A stretch of DNA of 54,565 bases from an uncultured Actinomycetes bacterium (GCA_937875815.1 CALFHU010000161.1:1-54565), one strand, 5' to 3'; counted from the stretch's first letter, positions 1 through 9,980 are shown. A program made the numbers and translations. Notes: generated by a model from the sequence alone, not told the origin.

Positions 1-805
1 AGGAAATTTCGAAGCGCTGATTGTCTGGCGTTTGCTGCGAAAGCTTCTTCACGCTGATCGGTTTTTCATTATCTCGCAATATCTTTAAGATTCGGCCACG
101 CTCCTGTCGAACACTTCCTTCATAGCGCGCTTGGCTCTTTTTCGGAATAGCAGAAAGTGGCTTTCCCTCCGCAAACCACTTGCAGTCATTGACGATTGGG
201 CACTCTGAACACAATGGATCGCGTGCCGTGCAGATCAATGCGCCGAGCTCCATTGATGCTGCCGACCATTGCACGCAACGGTGGCTACTGACCGGGAGAA
301 GCTCTTGCGCGAGTGAACGTTCAACTAGTGAAACTGTTGCGGCTTGGTGGGATTGGCCAAGCCAAGCGCGAGCCAATAGTCTGCGAACGTTCACATCAAG
401 GACTAGAGATCGTTGCCCGAATGCAAATGCTAGGACCGCATTGGCGGTGTATTCACCTACGCCGGGCAGCGAAATCAGTTCTTCGTAAGTCGCGGGGACC
501 TCTCCATCAAATTGTTGGGTAATGATCGCTGCGCTTTCATACAGCCGTTTGGCTCGACGGGGGTAGCCCAAGTTTCCCCAAGTCCGGATTGCCTCGGCGA
601 CCGAACAGTTTGCCAACTCTGTTGGGGTAGGCCAACGCTCCAGCCATAATTGCCACGTAGGCAAAACCCGGGCGACCGGTGTTTGCTGAAGCATGAATTC
701 ACTCACCAAAACACCCCATGGGCTTGTGTCCCGCCAGGGGAGGGCTCGGGCCTCACTGGCATACCAAGTAATGACCGTGTGCGGATCCAGATTGGGGGTA
801 CTCAC
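1..805 (-). CDS. mutY: A/G-specific adenine glycosylase MutY (3' end runs off window)
   Basis: Manual translation from GTG 805: ...WYASEARALPWR..PWGVLVSEFMLQQT..LGYPRRA..LPGVGEYTA (HhH)..LDVNVRR..CTARDPLCSECPIVNDC (Fe-S loop). No stop before position 1; absent from the ORF track. Confidence 0.95.
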   Translation of the reverse strand, partial: MSTPNLDPHTVITWYASEARALPWRDTSPWGVLVSEFMLQQTPVARVLPTWQLWLERWPTPTELANCSVAEAIRTWGNLGYPRRAKRLYESAAIITQQFDGEVPATYEELISLPGVGEYTANAVLAFAFGQRSLVLDVNVRRLLARAWLGQSHQAATVSLVERSLAQELLPVSSHRCVQWSAASMELGALICTARDPLCSECPIVNDCKWFAEGKPLSAIPKKSQARYEGSVRQERGRILKILRDNEKPISVKKLSQQTPDNQRFEIS

Positions 806-851
806 AAGGGGATCGTTTCATGCTGCGTGGGCACCGCATTACTGTGGAGTC

Positions 852-1466
852 GTGAGCATGCAGCCGATCGGTCCTGAGTCACCCGGTGTCTACTGGGTGC
901 GTAGGGCTGCACTGCTGGTAATCGTCCTCCTTCTTCTGTTCGGCCTGATCTGGGTATTTCGAGCGGTTACTGGAGCAAGCTCGACCCAAACCCCGATTGT
1001 TGAGCCCGATGTTGCGGTGTCTGAATCAGTTGATCCCCAAGTGGGCCTCACACCCGTAACAACCGATCCCATTGACTGCCTGGACTCGGCAATTCTGGTG
1101 GAAGCAACTACTGATTCCTCAACCTACAAAGTGGGCAAAGAGCCCGTGTTGACGTTGACCATCGAAAACACGGGCAGCGTCGCCTGTTTGCGGGATGTGG
1201 GACCCAAAGCCAATGAACTTGAAGTTAAATCAGGTGGGTATCACGCGTGGTCAAGCGATGACTGTTCGCCGAGCAAGAAGACTAAAGTTGTGACCCTAGA
1301 ACCCGATGACCGAGTCGCATCCACTATCGAGTGGAATGGTCAACTTAGCGAGCCAGGATGTCCCGAGAGCGATCAGGCGGCCAAGGTGGGCCGTTATGAG
1401 GTGATCGGTCGCAACCTCGATGTCTTCAGTGAAGCGACTCCTTTTGCCTTGACCAAGAAGAATTAA
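852..1466 (+). CDS. Conserved actinobacterial membrane-anchored protein (Rv3587c-like)
   Basis: PIGPESPGVYWVRR, one TM helix, Cys-containing external domain (CLRDVG, WSSDDC). Lies between mutY and radA as in other actinobacteria. Start set at GTG 852 by the TACTGT -10 box; the ORF-track start overlaps mutY. Confidence 0.8.
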   Translation: MSMQPIGPESPGVYWVRRAALLVIVLLLLFGLIWVFRAVTGASSTQTPIVEPDVAVSESVDPQVGLTPVTTDPIDCLDSAILVEATTDSSTYKVGKEPVLTLTIENTGSVACLRDVGPKANELEVKSGGYHAWSSDDCSPSKKTKVVTLEPDDRVASTIEWNGQLSEPGCPESDQAAKVGRYEVIGRNLDVFSEATPFALTKKN

Positions 1467-2854
1467 GAGTTCGGCACTTTATCAGGCTTCGAGTGTGCGG
1501 TGAGTGTGGTCATCACGGTTACCGCTTGCGCAATATTGGACACAGGATGGGTGAGGATTCCCTGAGTTTTCACAGTTGCGCCGATCGGAATAATTGCATC
1601 GGTGAAACCCAGTCGGGCCGCTTCATCTAGCCGCTTCTCAAGACCGGTTATCCGGCGAATGTCGCCGGCTAGTCCAAGTTCACCAATGGCAACGAGACCG
1701 CTGGGTAGTGAAATGTCCTTCACGCTGCTGACGATTGCAAGCGCTGTTGCTAAATCAGTTGCCGGTTCCAGTAGGCGCATTCCGCCAACTGTTGCCACGA
1801 AGCAATCCGCGGTAGAGAGTTTGAGGCCTGCGCGACGCTCCAAGATCCCCAACATCATGGCCGTCCGAGAAGAATCAAGGCCGCTGGTCACCCGTCGGGG
1901 TTGGGGTGAACTAGAAGGCGCAATCAGGGCCTGAACTTCGGCGACCAGCGGTCGCTTTCCTTCGACGGTGATGGTGACGCAGGTTCCAGGAACGGGGTGG
2001 GTTCGGTCACCGAGAAATAGGCCACTGGGGTCGGGGAGTCCGTAAATACCGTCCTCGGTCAACTCGAAGCAGCCGATTTCGTCGGCTGGGCCATAACGAT
2101 TTTTTACCGCACGCACTAGGCGAAGGGGTCCGTGTCGATCTCCTTCAAATTGCAAGACCACGTCCACGAGGTGCTCGAGTGCCCGCGGGCCTGCGACGCT
2201 GCCATCTTTTGTCACATGGCCAACAAGTACCGTGGTCATATTCCTCGACTTGGCCGCCCGAATGAGTGAGGCGGCGACTTCCTTGACCTGGGTGACTCCA
2301 CCGCCAACTCCGTCGACGTCGGCGCTTGAGATGGTTTGGACTGAGTCAACAATGAGTAGTGATGGGTTCGTTTGTTCAATGTGACCCAGAGCTACCCCAA
2401 GGTCGGTTTCGGCTGCGAGGAAGAGTGAGTCGCTGAGAGCGTCGATGCGCTCGGCGCGTAGTCGGACTTGGGCGGCAGATTCCTCGCCCGTGAGATAAAG
2501 GACCTTGTGCCCCAGGCGCGCCCACTGGGCTGCCACCGCCAAGAGCAGTGTTGATTTGCCAACCCCTGGTTCTCCGGCGAGTAGGAGCACGGCTCCAGGC
2601 ACGAATCCACCTCCGAGTGCCCGATCGAATTCGCCGATCCCGGTGCTATGAGCTTGTGCTGCAGAAACGTCAATCTCATTGATAGCAAGTGCGGGTGATG
2701 TCGTTGCTCTTGCCTTAGTAGTAGCGGTAACGACACCGACTTCCTCTACGGTGCCCCAAGATTGACATTCACCACAGCGCCCAGCCCATTTGCCGGTAGC
2801 CCAGCCACACTCGGTGCAGCGAAACTGTGGCGCTTTTGTGGCGCTTTTTGCCAT
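1463..2854 (-). CDS. radA: DNA repair protein RadA/Sms
   Basis: CTECG..CGEC Zn finger, Walker A GEPGVGKS, KNRYG motif, Lon-like C-terminal domain. Start at ATG 2854 (MAKSATK). Confidence 0.97.
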   Translation of the reverse strand: MAKSATKAPQFRCTECGWATGKWAGRCGECQSWGTVEEVGVVTATTKARATTSPALAINEIDVSAAQAHSTGIGEFDRALGGGFVPGAVLLLAGEPGVGKSTLLLAVAAQWARLGHKVLYLTGEESAAQVRLRAERIDALSDSLFLAAETDLGVALGHIEQTNPSLLIVDSVQTISSADVDGVGGGVTQVKEVAASLIRAAKSRNMTTVLVGHVTKDGSVAGPRALEHLVDVVLQFEGDRHGPLRLVRAVKNRYGPADEIGCFELTEDGIYGLPDPSGLFLGDRTHPVPGTCVTITVEGKRPLVAEVQALIAPSSSPQPRRVTSGLDSSRTAMMLGILERRAGLKLSTADCFVATVGGMRLLEPATDLATALAIVSSVKDISLPSGLVAIGELGLAGDIRRITGLEKRLDEAARLGFTDAIIPIGATVKTQGILTHPVSNIAQAVTVMTTLTAHSKPDKVPNS

Positions 2855-2870
2855 GTTGAGTCCTGTTGTT

Positions 2871-3662
2871 TTAGTCCTGCGGGTCAGCAGGGTGAATTGA
2901 CAGACCAATTCTGGCAGTGGGGTCTGACTTTTTACCCCGCTGATTAAAACTTGTGATCACAGCCTCGCGGTTCCGGCATAGCTGAGCAAGTTCCTCATAA
3001 GCCATTGCCCCAATCAGGGCAACGATTTCGTCCTTTGAATTGATGTAGACCGGCTCGCTAGCGGTATGCGCTTCGGTGTTACCCGTGCAGTACCAATCAT
3101 GATCGGCTCCACCGGCTCCCCAAGCACGACGGTCATACTCGCCCAAGACGACGACTTGGCGCTCACGGCCATCCTCGTAGGTCACATTGTCATAGGAACG
3201 TCTGAGGGGAAGTTGCCAGCAGACGTCTGGCTTAGTCTCGATGAAGTGAACGCCCTCTTTTTCGGCCAAATGGTGCAGTGCGCACCCGTAGCCACCTTCG
3301 AAGCCTTCAGAGTTGTGAAAAATACAGGCACCCTTGACGACTCGGGTTTTATCGGCCCCATCTTCTTTCTCAATCCAGCCTTTTTTCCCATGTCCAAGTT
3401 CGTAGTTCTCCCACAGCTCGGGGGTAAGTTTCTTAACCCATTTGCGTACTCGCTTCTCATCCTTTTTTTCAGAGAAATGAGCACCGTGGGAACAGCAGCC
3501 CGCATCGGGACGCTCGGCGTCAATGCCTTTACAGCCTCTACCGAAAATGCAGTTGTACTTTGAAGTGAGCCAAGTGAGATCGCAACGGATCAATTGGTCG
3601 TCATCTGATGGGTCGACGAACTCAACCCAGGCTCTGGGGAAATCAAGGGGGACTTCAGGCAT
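2871..3662 (-). CDS. Conserved Cys-rich hypothetical protein (DUF3109/YkgJ-like, probable metal or Fe-S binding)
   Basis: CIFGRGC, GCCSHG, ACIF, GCALH, KPDVCWQLP, WYC motifs; leaderless TAGGCT -10 box. Confidence 0.75.
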   Translation of the reverse strand: MPEVPLDFPRAWVEFVDPSDDDQLIRCDLTWLTSKYNCIFGRGCKGIDAERPDAGCCSHGAHFSEKKDEKRVRKWVKKLTPELWENYELGHGKKGWIEKEDGADKTRVVKGACIFHNSEGFEGGYGCALHHLAEKEGVHFIETKPDVCWQLPLRRSYDNVTYEDGRERQVVVLGEYDRRAWGAGGADHDWYCTGNTEAHTASEPVYINSKDEIVALIGAMAYEELAQLCRNREAVITSFNQRGKKSDPTARIGLSIHPADPQD

Positions 3663-3749
3663 TACTTCAGCCTAGGTCCACTGGGTAGTTCGTGCAGCAC
3701 GGGCACCGTGAAGTATGTGCTGGATCTGTGGTTCAGGTAACGTGGTGGC

Positions 3750-6140
3750 ATGAGCCATGAGCACCCACGTAGTGCTGATCTTGACTCTTTTGCTGGGCTT
3801 ACCCGGGCCGAAGTTGAACATCGGATCGCGTCCGGTCAAATTAATGATGCGCCGGACGCTAATTCGCGGAGCCTTTCCAGCATTATCACAGCAAATACGC
3901 TGACCTGGTTCAACTTCTTAATTGGATCAATGTGGATAGTCATGTTGATCGTGGCACCGTGGCAGGATTCCCTTTTCGGCTTCGTCATTGTGGCCAATAC
4001 TCTGATTGGCACAATTCAGGAGTACCGCGCCGCTCGCGCCCTGGAAAGGCTTGCGGTCATCGGGGAAGCGAAACCAGTTGTTCGCCGGGATGGATCCGAT
4101 CAAGAGATCACCCCACGAGAGATAGTGCTCGGCGATCTCATCGTGCTGGGCACGGGCAATCAGTTAGTCGTTGATGGAAAAATTGAAAAGTCTCAGGGTC
4201 TAGAAATTGATGAGAGCCTGCTCACGGGCGAAGCGGATCCGGTTGACAAGCAAGTGGGCGATTCGGTCATGAGCGGTTCCTTTGTGGTTGCGGGTGCTGG
4301 GTACATGCGCGCAACGAAGATTGGGCGCGATTCATTTGCGGCAGGCCTCACCGAAGCGGCCACACAATTTCAAACTACGAATTCGGAACTTCGCGATTCA
4401 ATCAATAAGTTCATCAAGTACGTTTCCTATTTCCTACTTCCTGTGGGAATCACACTTTTTCTCTCGCAATTTATCGAGGCACAGTTGCCCCTCGACGAGG
4501 CAATCAGAGGAACAATCGCTGGCATTGTCACGATGGTGCCAGAGGGACTCGTCCTTCTTACCTCTATCGCAATGGCGGTGTCTGTTATTGAACTTGCGAG
4601 AAGGAGGGTACTTGTTCAGGATCTGCCGGCCGTCGAAGTCTTAGCCCGAGTTGACACCGTATGCGTGGATAAGACCGGGACTCTCACCGAGCCCGGAATG
4701 CAGGTTCAAGAAGTAATCCCACTGGGCACATTGGAAATAGCGGAAATTCAAGCGGCCCTCGGGGCGGTTGCCGCATCGCAGCCCAATGCGAATCCCACGC
4801 TGGCCGCTATCCAGGCTGGTTACCCCAACCCCGATTGGCAAGTGAGCTATTCGGTCCCGTTTTCCAGTTCCCGTAAATGGTCGAGCGCAACTTTTTCTGA
4901 TCAGAGTTCGTGGGTGTTGGGCGCCCCGGAGATGGTTGCTCCGAATAATTCCCAAATGTTGGAGCGAGCGAACAGCAGCGCCGCATCGGGTGCTCGGGTT
5001 TTAGTGCTCGCAAAGTTGGCGAAGGGTTCACCGAGGGTTACTTCAGAAGAAAAGCTGGGAGAAGTTGAGTGCGCTGCGCTCGTTGTGATCAGTCAGACTC
5101 TGCGCCCAGATGCAGCTGAGACGGTCGCATATTTCCTAAGCCAGGGAGTCAATGTAAAAGTGATTTCGGGTGATAATGCGCAGACGGTAGGTGCAATTGC
5201 CAAAGAGGCCGGTGTGCCAGGTGCGGACCATCCATTCGACGCGCGGTATTTGCCAGAAAATACCGATGAAGTAGCCGAAGTGCTTGCAACCACAAATGTG
5301 TTTGGCCGGGTTACGCCTGCGCAAAAGCAGGGCATGATAGATGCCCTGCATGCACGCGGGAAAACAGTCGCAATGACGGGCGATGGCGTTAACGACGTAC
5401 TCGCACTTAAGAATGCAGACCTTGGAATCGCGATGGGTTCTGGTTCAGATGCTACGCGCGCTGTGGCCCAATTAGTTTTGCTTGATGACCAGTGGGAAAT
5501 GATGCCCGACGTGGTGGCGCAGGGGCGCAAAGTGTTAGGGAACATCGAGCGCGTCGCCGATGTTTTCTTGACTAAAAGTTTTTATGCCATGATCGTGAGT
5601 AGCGCGACGGTGATCTTCGCAGTTGCGTTCCCATTTTTACCGCGCCACTTAACATTGGTGAGTGCATTGACAATTGGAATTCCTGGTTTTTTTCTCGCAT
5701 TGATGCCCAATGTTGAAAGATTTCGGCCTGGATTCTTTCGCAGAGTGCTGTCGTTCGCGATCCCGGCCGGCGTGATTGCCGCGGTGGCATCATTCACGAG
5801 TTACGGAGTAGCCCTTTATTTTGATGAACCGCTATTTAACGCTCAGTCAGCGGCGACCATCACGTTATTTATCGTGACACTGGCAGTTCTGGCGCAATCG
5901 GCACGCCCACTCAATGTGATCAGGCTCACGCTCGTGGGCCTGATGGGTGCGGCGTTTGTCGCGGTGCTCTACATCCCGTGGCTCTCAAACATTTTTGCAC
6001 TCTCCTTGGGACCAGAGCGCTATAGCCTTATTTCGGTCGCGGTAGGGCTGGCCGGCGCTGTTGCTGTCGGGATTGCTACCCGGGTGACCGACCGATGGAG
6101 GCGCGCACCCAAGGAGCCGGTCGAGACGAACGCGCCATGA
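3750..6140 (+). CDS. ctpE: Cation-transporting P-type ATPase, CtpE-like
   Basis: TGE, VPEGL, DKTGTLT phosphorylation site, SGDN, MTGDGVND; multiple TM helices. Confidence 0.88.
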   Translation: MSHEHPRSADLDSFAGLTRAEVEHRIASGQINDAPDANSRSLSSIITANTLTWFNFLIGSMWIVMLIVAPWQDSLFGFVIVANTLIGTIQEYRAARALERLAVIGEAKPVVRRDGSDQEITPREIVLGDLIVLGTGNQLVVDGKIEKSQGLEIDESLLTGEADPVDKQVGDSVMSGSFVVAGAGYMRATKIGRDSFAAGLTEAATQFQTTNSELRDSINKFIKYVSYFLLPVGITLFLSQFIEAQLPLDEAIRGTIAGIVTMVPEGLVLLTSIAMAVSVIELARRRVLVQDLPAVEVLARVDTVCVDKTGTLTEPGMQVQEVIPLGTLEIAEIQAALGAVAASQPNANPTLAAIQAGYPNPDWQVSYSVPFSSSRKWSSATFSDQSSWVLGAPEMVAPNNSQMLERANSSAASGARVLVLAKLAKGSPRVTSEEKLGEVECAALVVISQTLRPDAAETVAYFLSQGVNVKVISGDNAQTVGAIAKEAGVPGADHPFDARYLPENTDEVAEVLATTNVFGRVTPAQKQGMIDALHARGKTVAMTGDGVNDVLALKNADLGIAMGSGSDATRAVAQLVLLDDQWEMMPDVVAQGRKVLGNIERVADVFLTKSFYAMIVSSATVIFAVAFPFLPRHLTLVSALTIGIPGFFLALMPNVERFRPGFFRRVLSFAIPAGVIAAVASFTSYGVALYFDEPLFNAQSAATITLFIVTLAVLAQSARPLNVIRLTLVGLMGAAFVAVLYIPWLSNIFALSLGPERYSLISVAVGLAGAVAVGIATRVTDRWRRAPKEPVETNAP

Positions 6141-6934
6141 AGATAGGCCTTTCGACTTCTTCAGTCTTTCCTGAATCTACGGCTGCCGCCTTTGAACTCG
6201 CGGCTCTTACCGGTTATGACGGGGTTGAAGTAATGGTAGGCATGGACGCCATGAGTCAAGATTCGACGGTACTGCGGAATCTTGTTCAGCACTATCAACT
6301 CCCCATCCTGTCGTTGCATTCCCCGTGCCTGTTAGTCACTCAACGAGTCTGGGGGACAGACTCGTGGGGAAAACTGGACAAGGCCCGTGAAGTCGCTGAA
6401 TTGGTGGGCGCCACGACTGTTGTCGTGCACCCGCCATTTCGCTGGCAGCGCGAATATGCAAAAAACTTTGAAAAAGGGATCTCTGAACTCAACACGAATT
6501 CGCCGGTGGGTTTCACCGTCGAAAATATGTACCCCTGGCGGGCAGGCCCTGGGTCGTTTCCTGCCTATTCTCCCGACTGGGACATAAGAAAACAGGATTA
6601 CGAAAATGTCACTTTGGATTTTTCGCACACGGCTGTTTCGCGAACTGATCCAATGGAAATGATGCGTGATTTCGGCGAGCGCTTGAAGCACATTCACCTT
6701 GCGGACGGTACCGACTCCCCAGCCGATGAGCACTTAGTGCCTGGCAGGGGAACCCAGCCGGTGCGCGAAGGACTGGAATTCCTCAAAAATAGTGGCTTTA
6801 CTGGAAACATTATCGCTGAAATTACGACTCGGTCGGCTACCGATCGTGATGAACGCATTTCCGATGTGCGGGCCAGTCTTGATTTTGTTCGGCAAGTGTT
6901 TCCCCATCAAGTGTTTTCCAGTGGAGAGGAGTAG
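6137..6934 (+). CDS. Sugar phosphate isomerase/epimerase family TIM-barrel protein (Rv0498-like)
   Basis: GYDGVE, VVVHPPFRWQR, VENM, TLDFSH, HIHLADG, DEHLVPG. ATGA overlap with the ATPase stop. Confidence 0.88.
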   Translation: MKIGLSTSSVFPESTAAAFELAALTGYDGVEVMVGMDAMSQDSTVLRNLVQHYQLPILSLHSPCLLVTQRVWGTDSWGKLDKAREVAELVGATTVVVHPPFRWQREYAKNFEKGISELNTNSPVGFTVENMYPWRAGPGSFPAYSPDWDIRKQDYENVTLDFSHTAVSRTDPMEMMRDFGERLKHIHLADGTDSPADEHLVPGRGTQPVREGLEFLKNSGFTGNIIAEITTRSATDRDERISDVRASLDFVRQVFPHQVFSSGEE

Positions 6935-6937
6935 GCC

Positions 6938-7546
6938 ATGGCCCAGGAGGAAGAACGAGAAGACGGCGGAATTGTGGGGGTCGCTCGGTCCATGTTTCTG
7001 CATTCCGGCTACGCAAGGACCACTATTAAGTCGATTGCGGCGGCGGCAGGAGTGGCGCCAACCGTTATCTCCAACCTGTATTCGAACAAGGAAGCATTGT
7101 TTGCGGCCGCGATGTCTTTCCCGAGTGATCCACAGAAAGCGATCCCCGCCTTGGTCGCCCCAGGAATTCACGGGATGGGTGAGCGTCTTGTGCGGGGAAC
7201 ACTTCAGCTAGTTGCCGACCAGCAGGTTCGTGAGGACCTACTTAAGGCTGCAAATGCTGGACGTTCCTTGAGCACAGGTGTTGACATGTTTGCCGTGATC
7301 AAGCCGCTTTCGGACTACTTCCAAAGCGCTGTGGTTGATCGTGCCTTGATTTTGATGGGCATCCCTGATGCTCGAATCCGAGGGGCACTGATTAGTTCAT
7401 ATTTAACCGGCGTGATTGCCTACCGATATTTCCTGGAGATCGAGCCGCTTGCGAGTGTGTCCCAAGATCAGTTAGTCGCCTGGGTGTCGCCAATGGTTCA
7501 AGACTTGCTTGATCCAACAAAACCGCTACCCGGTATGGCAGAGTGA
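6938..7546 (+). CDS. TetR family transcriptional regulator
   Basis: GYARTTIKSIAAAAGV..YSNKEALF HTH; C-terminal RY..IEPLAS motif; GAGGAG SD. Confidence 0.88.
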   Translation: MAQEEEREDGGIVGVARSMFLHSGYARTTIKSIAAAAGVAPTVISNLYSNKEALFAAAMSFPSDPQKAIPALVAPGIHGMGERLVRGTLQLVADQQVREDLLKAANAGRSLSTGVDMFAVIKPLSDYFQSAVVDRALILMGIPDARIRGALISSYLTGVIAYRYFLEIEPLASVSQDQLVAWVSPMVQDLLDPTKPLPGMAE

Positions 7547-7550
7547 AGTG

Positions 7551-8360
7551 ATGAATACCTTGTCGTCCGTCAAGAAAATCGGTGTGATCGGGTCCGGTTC
7601 GATGGGGCAAGCGCTGATCTCTGGGTGGACGCGGTCCGACGCCAGCATTGTGGCGGTGGTTCGTGATGTGGACAAATATCAGCACCTAGAGGGCTCACTG
7701 GGCATTGAGGTCAGCGAGGATCGCCAGGTACTTTCCACGTGTGATGTTGTTGTAATTGCAATCAAACCACAAATTATCAAGGAGATTCTTGCAGATTTCG
7801 CGCCATTTATTGCTCCTGGTGCGATCGTGATCTCGGTCGCGGTGGGAGTGACCACCGAGTTCATCGGAAAGTGTTTCCCGCAGACCAATCAAATCATAAA
7901 GGCGATGCCGAATACTCCTTCGCAAATTCACATGGGCGTTACTTGTGTGAGTGGTGGCCAAGGTAGCTCCGAGGACGCTATTGCAATTGCCGTTGAACTT
8001 ATGGGCGCCGTCGGCGACGTCTTCGTGGTTCCAGAAGCCCAGCAGGCCGCGGTGGGCGCACTGTCGGGAAGCGGCCCGGCGTACCTGTTCTACCTCGCGC
8101 AGTATTTGCAGGAGGGTGCACAGGAACTTGGACTCAGTGGGGAGTTAGCCGATCAACTGGTTCGGGCAACGCTGAGAGGGTCTGGGGAACTTTTGGCACG
8201 AACTGAGCTGACCGCTGGTGATTTGCGTCGGCAGGTGACGTCCCCCGGTGGAACCACCCAAGCCGCCATGGAAGTCCTTGATACACAACGCGTGGGTGAA
8301 ACGGTCAGATCGGCATTGGCTGCAGGGGTTGCACGTTCGATGGAACTTGGTAAAGGCTGA
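7551..8360 (+). CDS. proC: Pyrroline-5-carboxylate reductase
   Basis: IGSGSMG, IKPQ, MPNTP, SGSGPAY, VTSPGGTT. Confidence 0.96.
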   Translation: MNTLSSVKKIGVIGSGSMGQALISGWTRSDASIVAVVRDVDKYQHLEGSLGIEVSEDRQVLSTCDVVVIAIKPQIIKEILADFAPFIAPGAIVISVAVGVTTEFIGKCFPQTNQIIKAMPNTPSQIHMGVTCVSGGQGSSEDAIAIAVELMGAVGDVFVVPEAQQAAVGALSGSGPAYLFYLAQYLQEGAQELGLSGELADQLVRATLRGSGELLARTELTAGDLRRQVTSPGGTTQAAMEVLDTQRVGETVRSALAAGVARSMELGKG

Positions 8361-9558
8361 GTTCACTCCCGTGACACTGCCCATTTACATCCCGTGGGAT
8401 GAACGACTTGTGCAATATAACTTTGGGCCATCGCACCCACTTGCGCCAATTCGAGTTGCGTTGGCCATGCGTCTTGCCCAGGAACTAGGAATCATTTCGG
8501 CGGAAAATTTGGTTGGTCCAGTAATCCCAGCGACACATCAGCAACTGCTGCGAGCACACAGTGGGGATTACCTTGATGCCGTCACCCGTGTGGGTAAAAA
8601 TCCGGAACAGGTGGCCCTGGATTTTGGACTTGGGAGCAGCGACAACCCGGTCTTTGCAGGTATGCACGAGGCTTCGGCTCGGGTGGCGGGAGCGACCCTG
8701 ATGGCGGCAAATGCGGTGTGGCACGGAGACGCACACCATGCCGTGAACCTTGCGGGGGGACTGCATCACGCCCAGCGTGGGCGTGCGTCCGGGTTTTGCG
8801 TGTATAACGACATCGCGGTAGCTATTTATGACTTGCTAGAGCAGGGGGCAAAGCGAATCGCGTATATCGATATCGATGCCCATTATGGCGATGGAGTTGC
8901 AAATATTTTTTACGATGACCCGCGGGTACTCACCATCTCAATTCATGAGAGCCCGCACACGCTGTTTCCCGGAACCGGATTTCCACACGAAACGGGTGGG
9001 CCCAAGGCGCCCGGGAGCTGCGTCAATCTTGCACTACCCGCCGGCACCGGCGACCAGGGCTGGCTACGGGCATTCGTCTCGGTGGTGCCACAAATCGTGG
9101 ATGTTTTTGCCCCGGAGCTCACATTTAGCCAAAATGGCGCAGATTCCCATATCCACGATCCGCTCACGCACCTGGCGTTAAGCGTTGATGGGCAGCGTTA
9201 CGCTTATCAGGGGATCCACCGACTCGCCCATCGCCACGGTGGCAAACTCGTCGCCGTGGGAGGCGGGGGATACGACCTGGCCGATGCGGTACCACGGAGT
9301 TGGGCGAATCTACTGGCGGTGATGAGTGAGAGCGAGTTGCCAAAAGACGCGGCAATTCCACGGAACTACCGGGAATTTGTAGATGCTGAGCTCGGTGTAC
9401 CTAGTGGAGAAAGCCTCTCAGACGGGCAGAATCCTTGGGCCACACCAATTGATCAAGGATTTAATGCGGAGGATCCGGTTGATTCGGCAATCATGGAAAC
9501 CAGGCTGGCATCTTTCGGCTTTTTCGGCTTGGACCCAGAAGTTAATTCCTGGTTCTAG
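8347..9558 (+). CDS. acuC: Acetoin utilization protein AcuC / Zn-dependent HDAC-family deacetylase (start TTG 8347 or GTG 8371 uncertain)
   Basis: HPLAPIR, GGLHHA, SGFCVYND, DIDAHYGDG, FPGTG, GADSH..DPL, GGGGY. Confidence 0.9.
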   Translation: MVKAEFTPVTLPIYIPWDERLVQYNFGPSHPLAPIRVALAMRLAQELGIISAENLVGPVIPATHQQLLRAHSGDYLDAVTRVGKNPEQVALDFGLGSSDNPVFAGMHEASARVAGATLMAANAVWHGDAHHAVNLAGGLHHAQRGRASGFCVYNDIAVAIYDLLEQGAKRIAYIDIDAHYGDGVANIFYDDPRVLTISIHESPHTLFPGTGFPHETGGPKAPGSCVNLALPAGTGDQGWLRAFVSVVPQIVDVFAPELTFSQNGADSHIHDPLTHLALSVDGQRYAYQGIHRLAHRHGGKLVAVGGGGYDLADAVPRSWANLLAVMSESELPKDAAIPRNYREFVDAELGVPSGESLSDGQNPWATPIDQGFNAEDPVDSAIMETRLASFGFFGLDPEVNSWF

Positions 9559-9686
9559 CGTGTCAATCCAAAAACTTTGAGTTTTTTCGGGTATCCGGTC
9601 GCGCCACGCCAGGGTTACCTACTATTGTTCGATCGTCCGGTTCAAGGGAAGTGATTCCCGTAACGTCTCACATTATGGAGCACCGC

Positions 9687-9884
9687 ATGTCAATAGCATC
9701 TTTCGGCGACATACGTTTTCTGACCGTGGCGGAAGTTGCCGGAGTGATGCGCGTGTCCAAGATGACGGTCTACCGCTTGGTACACAATGGTGAATTGCCA
9801 GCCGTTCGGGTCGGTCGTTCATTCCGAGTGCCTGAACAGGCGGTGCAGGACTATTTGCGCGATTCGATCATCGAAACCGCCTAA
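9687..9884 (+). CDS. Small excisionase-type HTH DNA-binding protein (Rv0500A/BdtA-like)
   Basis: FLTVAEVA..MRVSKMTVYRLVH.GELPAVRVGRSFRVPE; GGAG SD before ATG 9687. Confidence 0.92.
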   Translation: MSIASFGDIRFLTVAEVAGVMRVSKMTVYRLVHNGELPAVRVGRSFRVPEQAVQDYLRDSIIETA

Positions 9885-9980
9885 AGGCTTCCAAGGAACC
9901 TCCCAACATGCGTTGCGGGTGGCCACAGATACACTTCAGTTTGCTTTGAACGACATTTACTTCAAGTAAGGGAATTATTA

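Noticed and set aside
693-851. Long N-terminal extensions in the ORF track (693, 2908, 6095, 8248, 21250, 23610, 29948, 46835, 51990)
   Set aside because: Most overlap neighbouring real genes; homology motifs and -10/SD signals point to later starts.
2952-2961. Palindrome TGTGATCACA resembling an operator
   Set aside because: Inside a coding region and with the wrong spacing for Rex or CRP boxes; compatible with chance.
8866-8895. AcuC DAHYGDG instead of DxHHGDG
   Set aside because: The Zn ligands (Asp, first His, later Asp), the HH dyad and the GGGGY Tyr are intact; the change is at a non-ligand position.
9687-9884. Excisionase-like HTH as a sign of a prophage or ICE
   Set aside because: Conserved core actinobacterial gene next to bS22; no integrase or att repeat nearby.
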